The position numbers and the translations under genes were made by a program. A stretch of DNA of 63,060 nucleotides, filler included, from Reticulomyxa filosa (lineage: Eukaryota; Protista; Foraminifera), in assembly GCA_000512085.1 (NCBI GenBank). It is 21 parts of 21 records of this genome, joined end to end, with 100 filler letters (N's around TTAATTAATTAA, not from the genome) between each part and the next. Parts side by side here need not be neighbours in the genome. Positions count along the whole stretch, not along the records: positions 23,484 to 26,507 come from ASPP01021316.1; positions 26,608 to 28,761 come from ASPP01022068.1; positions 28,862 to 32,423 come from ASPP01024054.1; positions 32,524 to 33,750 come from ASPP01011622.1; positions 33,851 to 34,850 come from ASPP01038339.1; positions 34,951 to 39,959 come from ASPP01027645.1; positions 40,060 to 41,368 come from ASPP01019378.1; positions 41,469 to 42,653 come from ASPP01014258.1; 13 more parts are not named here. One strand, 5' to 3'. Shown here one piece after another: positions 26,461 through 41,616 of this stretch. The notes below the pieces were generated by a model that was not told the DNA's origin, searched no databases, and worked only from the letters and a program-made list of their open reading frames with translations. The stretch's first letter is position 1. The number at the start of each line of letters is the position of its first letter.

Positions 26461-27179
26461 GGTTTTTTAAATAACTTTTTTTTTGTTGGATGAAATCACC
26501 ATTCTTTNNNNNNNNNNNNNNNNNNNNNNNNNNNNNNNNNNNNNNNNNNNNTTAATTAATTAANNNNNNNNNNNNNNNNNNNNNNNNNNNNNNNNNNNNN
26601 NNNNNNNGCTTCTATTGTATCTACGAAGGGGAGGGGTGCCTTTTTTTTTCCCTCTTTGAAACAAGAGACCCCTTTTTTTTTTTTAAAAAAAAAAAGAATT
26701 ATTCATGTACGTAAAAACAAAAACGTACATATAAAAATAATAAAGCATATGGTAGTGATCCTCGAAGTACCATGACATTTATTAAAAACGGAGAACGTTA
26801 AACTTATCTTAAAAAAAAAAAAAAAACATTACGCATTCATATCCCCCTTCCCCCTCTGTTTTGATACTAAAAAAAAAACAACTCATAATTGTCCCTTTTT
26901 TGCTGTGTTTTCTTTCTCAGGATCTGTTGATTTTTTAGAAATGAATCTAACTGGTATGTTTTATACGTTTGAGAAAAAAAAAAAAGGATTTGAACTTTTT
27001 TCTTTTCGAAGAACTTTCTTTAAACTGTAAACACAACATTCAATATAAACAATAAAAGGTTTTGTAAAGGATGATGCTGCAATCCGAACCCAAGTATTTT
27101 TTTTTCTTATTTTCCAAATTACAATTGATGATTGATTTTTTTTGTTTGTTTGTTTGTCGCGATATAATTACATTTTTAG

Positions 27180-28761
<1,582 letters not shown>

Positions 28762-28863
28762 NNNNNNNNNNNNNNNNNNNNNNNNNNNNNNNNNNNNNNN
28801 NNNNNTTAATTAATTAANNNNNNNNNNNNNNNNNNNNNNNNNNNNNNNNNNNNNNNNNNNNTT

Positions 28864-28901
<38 letters not shown>

Positions 28902-28980
28902 TTCATTTGGATTAAATTTATGAAGAAAGAATAATGTTTTTTTTTAAAAAAAAAAAGGGGAGGAGGAAAGGAGACTTTTT

Positions 28981-30305
28981 TCAAATATGTAATGCTACAA
29001 AAAAATAGTGTGCCATCCTTAACAAAGGATAAGAATGTTGCGTTGTATCCGTATCGTTATCAGAGTCGATAGTCGAAACGACTGTGGTTGTGTCTGCACG
29101 CACATTTGCGCTACCCGACAACGGACATGTCCCGTCGCAAAACCATCGCTTTCGCGCCAGATCGTAGGTCATGTCGCACCTGTCATTGCTCGTCACATTG
29201 CACACAAACTGCACGCCCAAACAGCTGTATGCGTTGCTGTTGTCGCAGACAATTGTCGTATCCACGCCAAACATCCACCATTGCCATAGATCGTCGTGTT
29301 CCTCTTTCTCGTCATTTCAGACCGACCGTAAGCCAACGTACACTTTTTTTTTTTTTTTTTTTTTTTTTGATATTGATGTATACATAGACATGGATGTACG
29401 TATAACACATAACCGATTTAAAGTTGTATTCTACCCCTTCCCCCTTTTTTTTTTTGACAACACAAAATAAAGGAATGGATCTTGTTATAATCTTTTTTTT
29501 TTAAAAAAAAAAAAAAAAATGGTACATATATTTATTTGTGTAACACACAAACTGAGGGAAAGCTGTTGGAAGGCTTTGGACACCAAAATACATTGTCGAC
29601 ACAGTGTTGGTTATGTCCGCATTGGAAATGAAACTGTCTCATGTTTGCGACGTCAATGAACAATTGAGAACAATGTTCAGTCGAATTGAAAGAAGTGGAT
29701 GCTATCCCACTGCAGTTTACGTTTACGACACTGTGCGATTGATCCACGGAATGGCTGTCCTCCACAAAAGAAGAAGAAGAAGAAGAGGAAATTCGACTGT
29801 TCGAAAAATATCTGTTTTTTTTTGTCGTCACAACATCTCGACCACTTGTCTGACTTGGGGCTGGACGGATCGTTACGCTGGTCCACAACGGATGCGATAT
29901 GATTATCTGCGAATTGTAAAACGCAAATTTGTTGGCCGCTTCAATCATCACGCTTGGTGTCTCGTTGGTGTATACTTCCATGTCTTCACAACTTTGCTCT
30001 CCGTAACAATACAATGTCAGCACGCGGCTTTTGCCGCCATAGACTTTTGAACTACGACAAGATTGAGTTCCTCTACAATAAATCGAACACTCAGAGCTAT
30101 TCGACTTTGGACAGTATATCCTGTTTGACATACATTCTGAGTCGGACGCTTCTATCAAACAATCTGTCTGGTTGTCACACTTGGTTTCATTCTTAACGCT
30201 GTCACAAAACGTATTTGGAACAAAACCAAAAGTACTGCGACAAACAAGTCCTATTATCATTGGCCACACCAACAATACTCGCATTCTTTTCGTCACCGGG
30301 AACAT
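28981..30305 (-). CDS. Secreted/membrane Cys-rich repeat protein
   Basis: Signal-peptide-like N-terminus and repeated C..C.G..SC units. A downstream exon (~29030-29340) carries the same Cys pattern. Confidence 0.65.
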
Positions 30306-30734
30306 TGATATCCGGCTCGTTTTCTCCTACCCCTTTGTTGGGTGTCTTTCTTGTTCTTTGGGATATGAAAACGTTGAAAATTGATCCACTGGCTTCTAAA
30401 TATCTGGAGTCATATTATGTTGTGATTTACAAAAAACCAAAAACAATATTTATTTAGATTGACTAAGACGATGCTGTGACGAAAGCAAAATTATTTTGTT
30501 TGTATCTCCTGTCACCAATCAGTGCCCGTAAAGACAAGTCGATTATCAATTTACGTAAAATGCAATATAACGTATCATCGTGGTAGTATTTTGAAAAGAA
30601 GCAAGAAGGGAGAAGAGGAAAAAAAAAAACAACACAACAACAACTGTGCGGAACAAGTTTTCAACGGTATTAAGTTAAAAACAAGAAAAGAAAAACATAA
30701 TGCAACAAAAAACGATCCAAAGTTACGTGCAATG

Positions 30735-32400
30735 TCACAACTTTGCTTGTTTCATAGCCAAGTCCAACATAATTTCTTCCGAACCACCATAAATGGCGAA
30801 TGCTGTATTCATATATATATATTTTTTACAAACAAAACAAAAAACAAAAGATTTGACAAAAAAGTGCACGAAATTCTCTTCATTTCGATTGACTCTTTTT
30901 TTTTTTTTTTTTTCTCCCGCTCTTTCGACACTCAAGTACACACGATGGATAAAACATTGGATGCAGACAAAAACAAACAAAAAATTCAATTTCACACACA
31001 CACACCTCGGACATCTCTGTAAATTCGCTCCACTTTTCCTGCACGACCACCCCTAACGTAAGATCGACCGCCAAAGATTTGAGCAGCTTCCCTACAATAT
31101 TTTTCATTTTTTTTTTTTTTTTTGTTATGTTATTGTTTGTTTAATGTGGATGCAAAACGTCCCTCTCTCTAAGACTCCATTTATATCGCAAGACCCTGAT
31201 ATGTTTAGACAAAAACAAAAAAAAAGGTGTGAGGAAGAGAGAAGAGAGACACACCTTGCGCAATATTCCAATGTTTTGGTGGCTTGCACTTTCAATAAGC
31301 TGACATTACGAGGGATCGATTTATCTTTCATTCCATAAGGATCTTTGAGCATTTGAAAGCAAACCTTCTCAACAAATGCGTGTGCGGCCAATACTTGTCG
31401 AGCCATTTCTGCCAACTTATGACGAATGACTTGATGCTTAATCAAAGGTTTTCCAAAAGTATCTCTGGTTTTGGCATATCTGGCAGCTTCATCGACACAC
31501 ACCCGCGCAAAGCAAACGGCTTCCATAATAATGCCCATGCGTTCGGAATTAAAGTTATACATTATAATCATAAATCCTTGATTTTCCGCGCCAATAATCA
31601 TTGACTTATGCACACGGACGTTTCGGAATACCACATATGCCTATGTATCAGCATAACATAAAATCACATTACAATCAATAATTTCAAATTGTCACAACGT
31701 ATACCAAAAAAAAAAAACAATTTGTGGTTTGAATTATTATTCATTGTATTTTTGTTTAATTTGGTTGAGATCTGAATGATTGAGGAATCATTGACACTTC
31801 AGGGAAAAAAAAAAAAAAAAAAATGTACACAACTGTCGCAGACGTCGCGTGCCCCATCAATGGCAATCTCGATGTTACTACCCCTTCAGTTCTAGGAATA
31901 ATCATAAGTGATATGCCTTCCGTTCCTGGTTTGCCAGTTCTGACAGCAGTTATAAAATAATCTTTTTTTGTTTTGTTTTGTCTTTTGTGTTTAATTGTTA
32001 AATCTCCAAAAAAAAAAAAAAGACTAATTTCTTGTTGACAAAATGATGACAAAAAAAAAAAAAAAAAAGAACCTGCTTTCATTCCTCCACTTATCCTATC
32101 CAAATACACACATCCATACAGTGCGTGTTAGAAAAAACAGTTGGAGAAAGATTGCGCACACAAACAAAAATAAAACAAGTCAATTACCAGTATTTCTCTC
32201 CATTGACAATGTAATAATCACCATCACGTGTTGCTATCAGTCCGGTCCAACAAACACATCTAATAGGGCTCATTATTTTCCTTCTCACAAAAAAAAAAAG
32301 ATATTCTCCTTCTCTAACCAGTTGTCTTCAGATTACGGACGTCAGATCCTGCCGCGGGTTCACTGATTGCCAAACAAGCAAATTTTTTGGCAGTGATTAC
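30735..32400 (-). CDS. Acyl-CoA dehydrogenase, multi-exon, 5'-partial
   Basis: CLAISEPAAGSDV, YIVNGEKYW-ISGG, FNSERM, RDTFGKPLIKHQVIRHKLAEM, AAQIFGG and IYGGSEEIM motifs distributed over exons. Confidence 0.93.
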
Positions 32401-32523
32401 CTTTTTTTTTATTTATTTTCATTNNNNNNNNNNNNNNNNNNNNNNNNNNNNNNNNNNNNNNNNNNNNTTAATTAATTAANNNNNNNNNNNNNNNNNNNNN
32501 NNNNNNNNNNNNNNNNNNNNNNN

Positions 32524-33568
32524 GTTGCACACTAAAGCCGAATGATTTGTTATTATTCTTCGACAGCAAAATTGCCCGATAAGATGGCGCTACAAACAAA
32601 CAAGCCATAATCGATTGGTAATAGTAAATTGAAAAAAAAAAAAAAAAAAGAGTCCCTCCTTTTGCATCTCAAAAAAAAAGACAAAACAATAGTTTTCATT
32701 GTTGGAGTGAATGACAGGGATTTGAGACAACGGATCATCGTTGATTCCAGGGATATTCACCGGTGTGGAATTACGTCTTGACTGCTGAGTCGCGGCAGCG
32801 ATATTTTCGGAGCGAGCACTATTCGAACGGCTTTGTCGAGTTTTGATATCTTTTTTTATGTGATTAATGTTTCAAGTTGGTTAGTATTACTTAAATTGAT
32901 AAAAAAAAAAAAAAAAAAAAAAAGAAACCTTTTCGTATAGCCAGCTCTTCACTCGCATAAAAGGGATAACGGAGCGCAAACAGATTGGCCTCGATGGGAG
33001 CATTTGGGTTATCAACCAAGCGTGTTTTCAGTTTGGAAGCATCCAGTTGCATCGGAACAGATGCGTTCACGTCCATGGCGGTTCTCGGCTTCGCATCCGA
33101 CTCCGTCTTTTGTTTTTTGCTTGCTATGCACGCATCCGGAAGCTGTGCAAACTTGCTTGCAGGGATGCTTACATTGGGTATGAAGGATACGTTTTGATGG
33201 AGATAAGGATGAGTCATTACATTGGAATCGGAATTGGAATTGGAAATAAGATTGGAATTATTGGAATTATTGGAATTATTGAAATTATTGGAATTATTGA
33301 AATTATTGGAATTATTGAAATTATTGGAATTATTGGAATTATTGGAATTGGGAATGAAATTGAAATTAGGGTTGAAAATTTGGGAAAACGCTTTGGTTTC
33401 TGTTGGAGTTATACTTCGCTTACTGTCCAATGGGATCTTTGCACAATATGCACGCTGCATCAAAGTGGAGGCAGAAGCAGACGCAACGCTTTTACCAGTG
33501 GTAGCTGCTGTCATTATTGTCGACTCTTTTGTCACTTTGGATTGAGACTCGCTACCAAATCTATCCAT
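32524..33568 (-). CDS. Hypothetical low-complexity protein with (NNS/NNF)n tract, multi-exon, partial
   Basis: Open frame from MDRFGSES with a 9-bp tandem repeat at ~33255-33345; a GTTT donor near 32928 and a further exon at ~32690-32850. Confidence 0.55.
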
Positions 33569-33640
33569 TACGTCATGTAAACAAGAAAAACAGAAATAAA
33601 TGTTTCTATTATACACATATATACATACATATACATATAC

Positions 33641-33679
<39 letters not shown>

Positions 33680-33899
33680 CCTATGAATTGGAACAGCATT
33701 TTCTAACTTCTAGTTTCTTTTTCTTTTTCTTTTCTTTTTGTCTTTCTCAGNNNNNNNNNNNNNNNNNNNNNNNNNNNNNNNNNNNNNNNNNNNNTTAATT
33801 AATTAANNNNNNNNNNNNNNNNNNNNNNNNNNNNNNNNNNNNNNNNNNNNAAAAAAAAAAAAAAAAAAAAAAAAAAAGTGAGAGAAGCTTCGGAATTTA

Positions 33900-34542
33900 T
33901 TATTATTATTATTTTTTTTTTTTGGATTGATTGATTGACAGAAAAAGAGGGGGTAGAGGGCAACAACACAATGTGACAAGATTAGTCCACGCATTTCCCA
34001 AAAATTCCAAGCAACAAATGTTCGACTATGACGATGGTGAAGAGGACGAAGATGACGACGACAATAGCGATGATGATAATAATGATGATGACAATGATGG
34101 ACTACACCAATACCAGCCGTTTAAACAGTACGGAACTCATCATCCTGCACGTGGACAACAAGGTCGTGGCCGTGGAGGCCGTGGTGATCGCGGTCATGCA
34201 GGTCGAGGCTATGGCCGTGGCCGTGGACGCGGATATGGGAATGAACGTGGACGTGGACGTGGACGTGGACATGGTCGTGGGCGTGGTCGCGGTTATAATC
34301 ATGAGCACGGGCATGAACACCAGCATGAGCACCAGCATGAGCACGAACATGAGGAAGAGGAGGACAATTTTGAAAGTGAAGAAGATGATGATGATGAAAA
34401 TAATTTTGATTTTGATTTTGATAATCTTAACTTTGATGATATTGATTTTGATGACGATGATGACGATGATGACCAACCTTGGAAAAGTCGTGGACGCGGC
34501 GGTGGTCATATTCGCGGGCGTGGACGTGGTCACCTTCGCGGC

Positions 34543-34577
<35 letters not shown>

Positions 34578-34850
34578 CCATGACTACGAGTATGAGGATT
34601 ACCTGCCCCGTGGACGAGGAAGGGGAAGAGGAAGAGGAGGAACAGGAGGATGGAAAGGAGAAAGAGGAAGAGGAAGAGGAAGAGGAAGAGGGGGAAGAGG
34701 CAGTGGAAATGGACGGAGCCGTGAAGCAAAAAGCTTCAAACGACCGAGATACACGAAGTATTTAACAGACCAAGAGCTCGCTGAAGCCATCGAAAAAGGG
34801 TATGTCGTGATTGGCCAGTTGAGCATTTCCAGACACTCTCCGGACATTGC
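33900..34850 (+). CDS. RG/RGG- and D/E/H-rich N-terminus of a probable DIS3L2-like (RNase II/R family) exoribonuclease, partial
   Basis: After the RG repeats, YTKYLTDQELAEAIEKGYVVIGQLSISRH resembles the first cold-shock/OB segment of DIS3/DIS3L2. Only ~35 aa of folded domain lie before the contig break. Confidence 0.5.
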
Positions 34851-35719
34851 NNNNNNNNNNNNNNNNNNNNNNNNNNNNNNNNNNNNNNNNNNNNTTAATT
34901 AATTAANNNNNNNNNNNNNNNNNNNNNNNNNNNNNNNNNNNNNNNNNNNNAGTTTGTGTGTTTTTGGATACAGACTTATTTTGAATTTTAGTTGGGAGAT
35001 TTTGTACGACAGAGCAACAGCAAGAAAACTTGCAGAAAAAAAAAACATTGTACATCTTAAAAAATTTAACTGTAAAATAATTTTTTCAATTGTGTTGAGG
35101 ATGGTTTTTTCTTGCGCTATTCAAGGGTGCTTTATGCAGTTTGTGAGTTTGATTTTTGTTGCTTTGACACAATTATCGCTTTTTGTATTGTTCTTTGAAA
35201 TGCTAAAAAAAACAAAGAAAAAAATGAACTTTATCTGTCTATCACGCAAACATCAAACAGCACATTAACAATTTTTCTAAAAATGAGAAATGAATAGCAC
35301 GAGACGTTCTTGGATTTTTCAAAACTGGGTCATTTTTTGTGGTTTGTGGGTCATTTTTGAACCGATTATCATAAAAAAAGTACTTTTTTCTAAAAAAAAA
35401 ATTTCCAAAAGTCTTAAATGGGGGGGATGTTGTTCAAATTTTTTTATGCTGGCTTTTTTAATGCTTCTTTTTTGACAACAAATAATAAAGCTTCAGTGAC
35501 CTTTGCCCACAGAAAACAAAAGAGTAAGAGCATTAGAAGCAAATCATGGAAGTAAATAGTCTGTTGACGACATTAGGGACGTCAGCTCAACGACAGAAAA
35601 GGCAAATACAGAACGGAACGAAAAACCATAACTCAACGATCGAGCCAACAGTCAAAAAAGATCAAATTATTGGTTGGCAAGTATGTGGTCCACGTAGTCG
35701 AGCACGAGATTGGACAATT

Positions 35720-35960
35720 GGAAAAATATTAATGAAAAAAAGATATTCCTTCGCATCCACTGCCGAGAAGGAAACTTTGCTGGACGTTTACAAAAAATTG
35801 CATGTGTTGCTTTAGACAATGATAATCAATTGAAGAAAGCTTAGACATCCGGCGACTTCGATAGAAACTACGAATTGCTTGATGGCCAGATCATTACTGT
35901 TGGTGCTGAACGAGTCAAATGCCTAGAAATTGTGTTCAAATTAAACTTTACTAGATTTGA
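35720..35960 (+). pseudogene. Actin pseudogene fragment
   Basis: KILMKKRYSFASTAEKE and DRNYELLDGQIITVGAERVKCLEIVF versus actin KILTERGYSFTTTAERE and [26 protein letters not shown]; frameshifted. Confidence 0.85.
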
Positions 35961-36062
35961 AACATTAATTGCGAAAGGAAGCAACAAAAAAAGGTATGTT
36001 TGTGTGAAAAAAAAAGGAGTAATAATTTTTTTTTATCTTTAAAAAAAACAAAACTAAAAAAA

Positions 36063-36440
36063 TAGAGAAATTCAAGAACAAATCCGACAGCATGCTCGAT
36101 TATGCTACTTGTTTGGAATTGAACAAGTGATAGCATGTGTTAGCAAAATGGATTGTCCTTCAATCAACTACGCTCAAGATCGCTTTGAGGAAATCAAATC
36201 AACCAGTTGCATTTATAACATTAAAGGATTGGATGATGTGGCCACTGGACGTATTGAACAAGGAACAATTACTCCTTGATGTCTCTGTTCGTTTTTATCC
36301 AACGAACAACTGGTAAAGCATTTTTTATTGAAATGCGCCACAAAACAGTCGGCAAAGCCGAAGCTGGTGGCAATGTATGTGTGAACTTGAAAAAAGAAAA
36401 TATGCAACGCGCTGGTGATGTGATGTGCATTGCTGATCCT
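36063..36440 (+). pseudogene. EFL (elongation factor-like GTPase) pseudogene fragment with internal deletion
   Basis: EIQEQIRQHARLCYLFGIEQVIACVSKMD...YAQDRFEEIK is joined directly to IYNIKGLDDVATGRIEQG, then GKAFFIEMRHK...NV..N.KKENM.RAGDVM. These fit EFL (GEIQGQTRQH, GRVEQG, NMPRSGDVM) better than canonical EF1A. Confidence 0.8.
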
Positions 36441-39400
36441 AGTGCAGATCCTAGTATTCTCTTAAGAAGGGAAATTGTAAATGAATTTACTGATCCCTTT
36501 CAAAAAAAAAAAGGTGGTTGCATAACATGCTCGATGATCAATGCGAATTAAATAATGAGGTTTTGAACTGATTCACACATTCGATCGATGACGTTTAATG
36601 TGGTGTACTAATAATATAACCATGTCACCGTGTTCTTATGCAGAAAGAGTCTGATCTGCCGACCTGACCGGGGTGTTATGCGTTTTGTATCTGGCGAATA
36701 CGCATCTTTTTTCCAAATTTTTCTTTTGATATTATTATTTAACAAAGGTTCTTTTGCAATTTTGTGAATCATCAGTAATTTTTTGGAACTGAAAAAGAAG
36801 AAAGTTTTCTGTTAAAAAATTATATGTATTTTGACATAAAGCAGAGTACTTCAGCTATCAGAACAATCCTTCAAGAGCGACAACAAACAAAAAAATGTCA
36901 AGAAAATTACAAAGGAACAAATGATGCAACGGAGAAGAAGATTATCGTGCTGTCAGACGACGTGTTTACTTCAAGTAAATCTAAAAGTATAAATGAATTA
37001 GAACCACCAGCGAACAAATGAAAAACCAATTAAGGAAAGAAAGTGCAAACCAAAAAGTCAAACTGTTCAAAGTTGACTTTTTTTTGCCAATGATAGAGTT
37101 TTTATTATTCAATACTCTTAACCCTTTTTTTGCTAACCAAAAGATATATGTATTAAGCTACTTTTGTCAAATGAAGTATTCACATTATGAACAATTAGCC
37201 AATCAAACTTGTATACTTGCAAAATTTTCAAAAAATATTTTTTTGATGGGCTGTTCAAGTGAATTTTTAGTATAACGACCACGCTTACTGGGTTGCGTTC
37301 GCATGGGAAACAAAATTCTATTAATTCAAGACTAGCTGTTTTACCCTCAAAGGGAAGATGGTGTAATTGGAAGATTTTTGGAAGATGAAGATTTATATAG
37401 AAGTAAAGTAGTTTGACGAACTATTAAAAAGATATGGACAGTAATTGTGAATTCAATTACACAGTGAGAATATCACTAACTTGGGGACTAGCCCAAATAT
37501 TTGCACATCTCATCAACAACCAATCACAGCAATACAATTATAAACTCTCAGTTCGACATCACCAACGTGGTTATGTCGAAATTATATTAAAAAAATATAA
37601 TTTGTGGTCTAAGTTTCGCATTACTGCTTTTTATATCTGATATGTATTTTTTTTTGATTAATATGATTTCAAATGTTGTATTTTTCAATAGACAGATCCA
37701 ATTATGCGTCAAGTTTTCAATGCCAAAAATAACTGACTTTATCTACCAACGACTATGTCCAACGAACACATGTGCTCAGAAACAAATAAAATTTCAATTA
37801 TCATTGTAGTTACATTTGAATGTTTATATTATTGATACAATAATCATTAAATCACTAATTGTTACATTGTTGGCAATTGATAAAACAAACTTTTTTTGTT
37901 GATACTTTGATACTTGGTTATCTACAAGTTCGTGGTTTGGATTGTTTAGTTTGGAAAGACTCCGAACTTGTTATTGGAAACACACTGATCATAATGTACT
38001 TATTTTAATAATCACTTTTTTCAGCTTTGTGTAGTGCATTTGGTCAAGATTGTTCAAGGTGTCACAATGGACATTGAAAAAGAAAAATGAAAGGAAAAGA
38101 GTTGGATGGCTGTATAAATATTTTGGTACGTATATATACGTATTTGTTTCAAATAATTACTTATGATTTTTTAAAAAAAAAAAATTGAGACATTATTTGC
38201 CTTGTCTGACACTTTAAAAAAACACTTATAGTCAATGATTGTCGAAGGTATAATGAATATTCAAAAAGAATATCATGCATTGATGACAAAGGATTATATA
38301 TAGTTATGCTTTTTGTATTATATGATTTTAAGTATTCGTGTGCTTTTTTTTTTAGAAAGGAAAAGTAAAAACGCTGGATTAATTTTGTTTTGATTTTTTA
38401 TGTAAAAATGATTTGCATACGTGCTACAGATGACGCGAACAAACAGGAAAAAATGGCAATTGTTTGTTTCAAAACATTGGGAATTGATCGTTATTTTATA
38501 CGAGTGGAAAATGTATAATTATATGGTTTTTAACTTGCTACCTACTGCAGCGCTATTTGCAAAGGTCAAAGATAAATTTTGAAGGGAGGATAGAGCTTAT
38601 TTCTATTATTTATTACTTTTGGATTTTTTTGCTCGTTAATGTAAGTAATTATTTGAAATGAGATCGTAAAAAAAAATATCTAATAATGCAACATGATCCA
38701 ATTCAATCATAAAATATATTAGCTATTTTGTTGCAAAAAAATGGCAAACGAGAATATTCAATAATCGAATGTGAATGTGGTTTATTTTTTTAAAATTGTG
38801 GGTCATTTTTTATTTTTTTTGAACCTGTTTCCAAAAAATAAACCAGTTTCTATTTGACAAAGGGGGAACGTGGTTCCATTTTTAAAATTTTTTTATTTGT
38901 AATTGTCGTAGTTAGTTACGACTTTGGTTGGCAAGAAGCAAACACTTCATTCTTTGAATATTGGCGCAGTTTCCTTGCTTGGATGCAATGGAAATATTGT
39001 TAAAATCTTATTTTACTTCAGGACGTAATGAAAAAGAAAAAGAAATGTATCGAAAACATGACATCGTCCAATGTAAGTTATTATTATAGTATTAACGCGC
39101 TGCAAAGCGTCAGACCGCCAAATTCTTATCAGATGGTGTTGGATTGTCAGTCTTTTGTTCAACGTTCACAGGCTACGGCCACAAGACCAAAATCACTTTC
39201 ATTTGTTGCATTTAATATATGCTTTAAAAAACGATTATGTATGTCTGTTCTTGTCTTTTTTTTTTGTAGTGTAAACATAAATTATGTTTGATTTGAATCA
39301 ACAGCGACATCTTCGTGCAGACGACAAAGGTCAAGCTTTTTTGCACACTATTTTCCAGACCGTCGCTTGCACGTATTAAATGTATATTTCTTTGGAATTG

Positions 39401-41616
39401 CCTTGTTCTAATTATTGGACAAGTACGGTTTTGCTGCAGCTGGAAACTAGCGAACGCGTTATGAATAGCTGATTTTCGTAACATGCAAAAATATGACTCT
39501 ATTTTGACCACATTGATACTATCGATCATTTTTTATTTGAAATGTTATTTGAAAATACGCTTTTTCGCGTTTTGGAGTATTTACATTTATCAATGATGAT
39601 GAATGTTCATCAAAGACGTTGACTCAATTATAAAGTACAGCGGAATTAGAGAACAAGAATGCTCAAATAGACAGAAGCTATGTCGACAGTCAAAATGTAA
39701 CCCTTGTTTCTTTGTATTTTGTTTTCACAAAACATGGGTCTTATGTCAATTTTTTACGCTTGTGAAATACGCTGTTTTTTTCTATCATTTTTTCATAAGC
39801 GTATTCGCAAAGAAAGAAGTAATCTTCGCATGAAATAAGTCATTGTATTTCTTTCCATTTATAAGGAAATTATTACTCAATTGCTTGCAGAACAAATATT
39901 TACGAGATGCAAGTCTTTTTGATATGTGTTGAGTTGCTGTCGTTGCAACGCAAAACTAANNNNNNNNNNNNNNNNNNNNNNNNNNNNNNNNNNNNNNNNN
40001 NNNTTAATTAATTAANNNNNNNNNNNNNNNNNNNNNNNNNNNNNNNNNNNNNNNNNNNNTGAAAATAGATATTTTCATTAGATTGACTTATTGTGACAAT
40101 AATGCTATTCACTTTTGGAGATGATCACTATTATTATTATTGCTTATAATTTTTTTTTATTCGTAAAAGCATCAAAATACATTGGAAGACGCAGTCCAGA
40201 AAGGCAAATTAAAGTCTTGCACTTTAAAGTACTGAAAACGTTCACCAGAAGATGCAAACCAAACGTTTAATCAAATGGTTATTGGAATTGTCAAATACAA
40301 TTCCCAAAGACTAGTTCGATCCCAATTAATGAGTGCTCAAAAACGATCACCTTTAGACATTTTCACGTACATATACTTTTTATTTCAGGCAAACTACGTA
40401 TAAACCAAATTATCTTTTCAACCAAAAAAATACGTCATCACCACATAAAAAGTGGACGTTTGACACATTGAAATATTATGTAACAAATAATTTTGTTATG
40501 TGTCAATGAAAAATGAACATTGCGAGAATAACATGACCCACATCATGACGAGGTAAAATAAACATTTGATTTGCAGACTTGGATGTACGTTCTCTGGTTT
40601 CCACAAATGATAGAAACTGTACAAGCAAAAAAACGTCTATATTACAAATAACAAGGCAAAAAGAACTATATACGTCCCAAGTGGGTGATATTTCTAATTC
40701 TGTACAAAATTTGTTATGCGCAGATTTCGAAAAAGTATTAATGGGTATGGAAGGAAAGTTGCAATATATTAGATTCAAAAAAAGATATAATGATAATTGG
40801 TATTGTCAATATGCTAATATTCAATTACTATATCTGTGGAAATGTTATCAAACAGTAATCAATAAACAAACTATGCATTTATTATATTGTGTTTATTTTC
40901 TTATCAATAATCATGTTAAATAAATATAAAACAAGATATTGGATTGTAGAAGAGTGTGTATATTATGGAATGAAAAATGTAAAGACTATTTTCGTGTATT
41001 TGATTATGAACATAGAATAATAATGTTATTTGAAAATCACTGTCTCCAATTTGGTTAAATTTTTAATATATCCTTTTAGCAATTTTTTATTTTGATCAAT
41101 ATTTAAAATTTCATTAAAAAAATCCAACTAAATATGGTTGCATCAAATCACTTCCATTCCTTAAATGATGTGCATTCAATGGAACTGTTTTCATCTATCG
41201 ATTATTCAATCTCACAAAAATAGATTATAAAGTTTCAAATAAACTGAAACGAACACAATGATCTTTATGACCAACCACCAAATTCAACAAATTTAAAATA
41301 AAAAAAATAACGAATAAATAAATAAAAAAAAAAAGTAAAATTATGAGCCAGGCGGCACGAAGTGCCGCNNNNNNNNNNNNNNNNNNNNNNNNNNNNNNNN
41401 NNNNNNNNNNNNTTAATTAATTAANNNNNNNNNNNNNNNNNNNNNNNNNNNNNNNNNNNNNNNNNNNNTCCTCCTCCTCCCTCCCCTTCCCCTTCCCCTT
41501 CCCCTTCCCTTTTCGACAATGGAAGTAGTGCCGATGACAAAGACTTAGTTGGCCACGCGAATGTTTTGTTTGGTTTTGTTTGAAACGTTCACACAACTAA
41601 AGCGTGTGCGCGCAAG

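Noticed and set aside
33047-34765. Overlapping ORFs rich in I/G, L/E, V/M or T
   Set aside because: Alternative frames of 3-, 6- and 9-bp microsatellite-like coding repeats.
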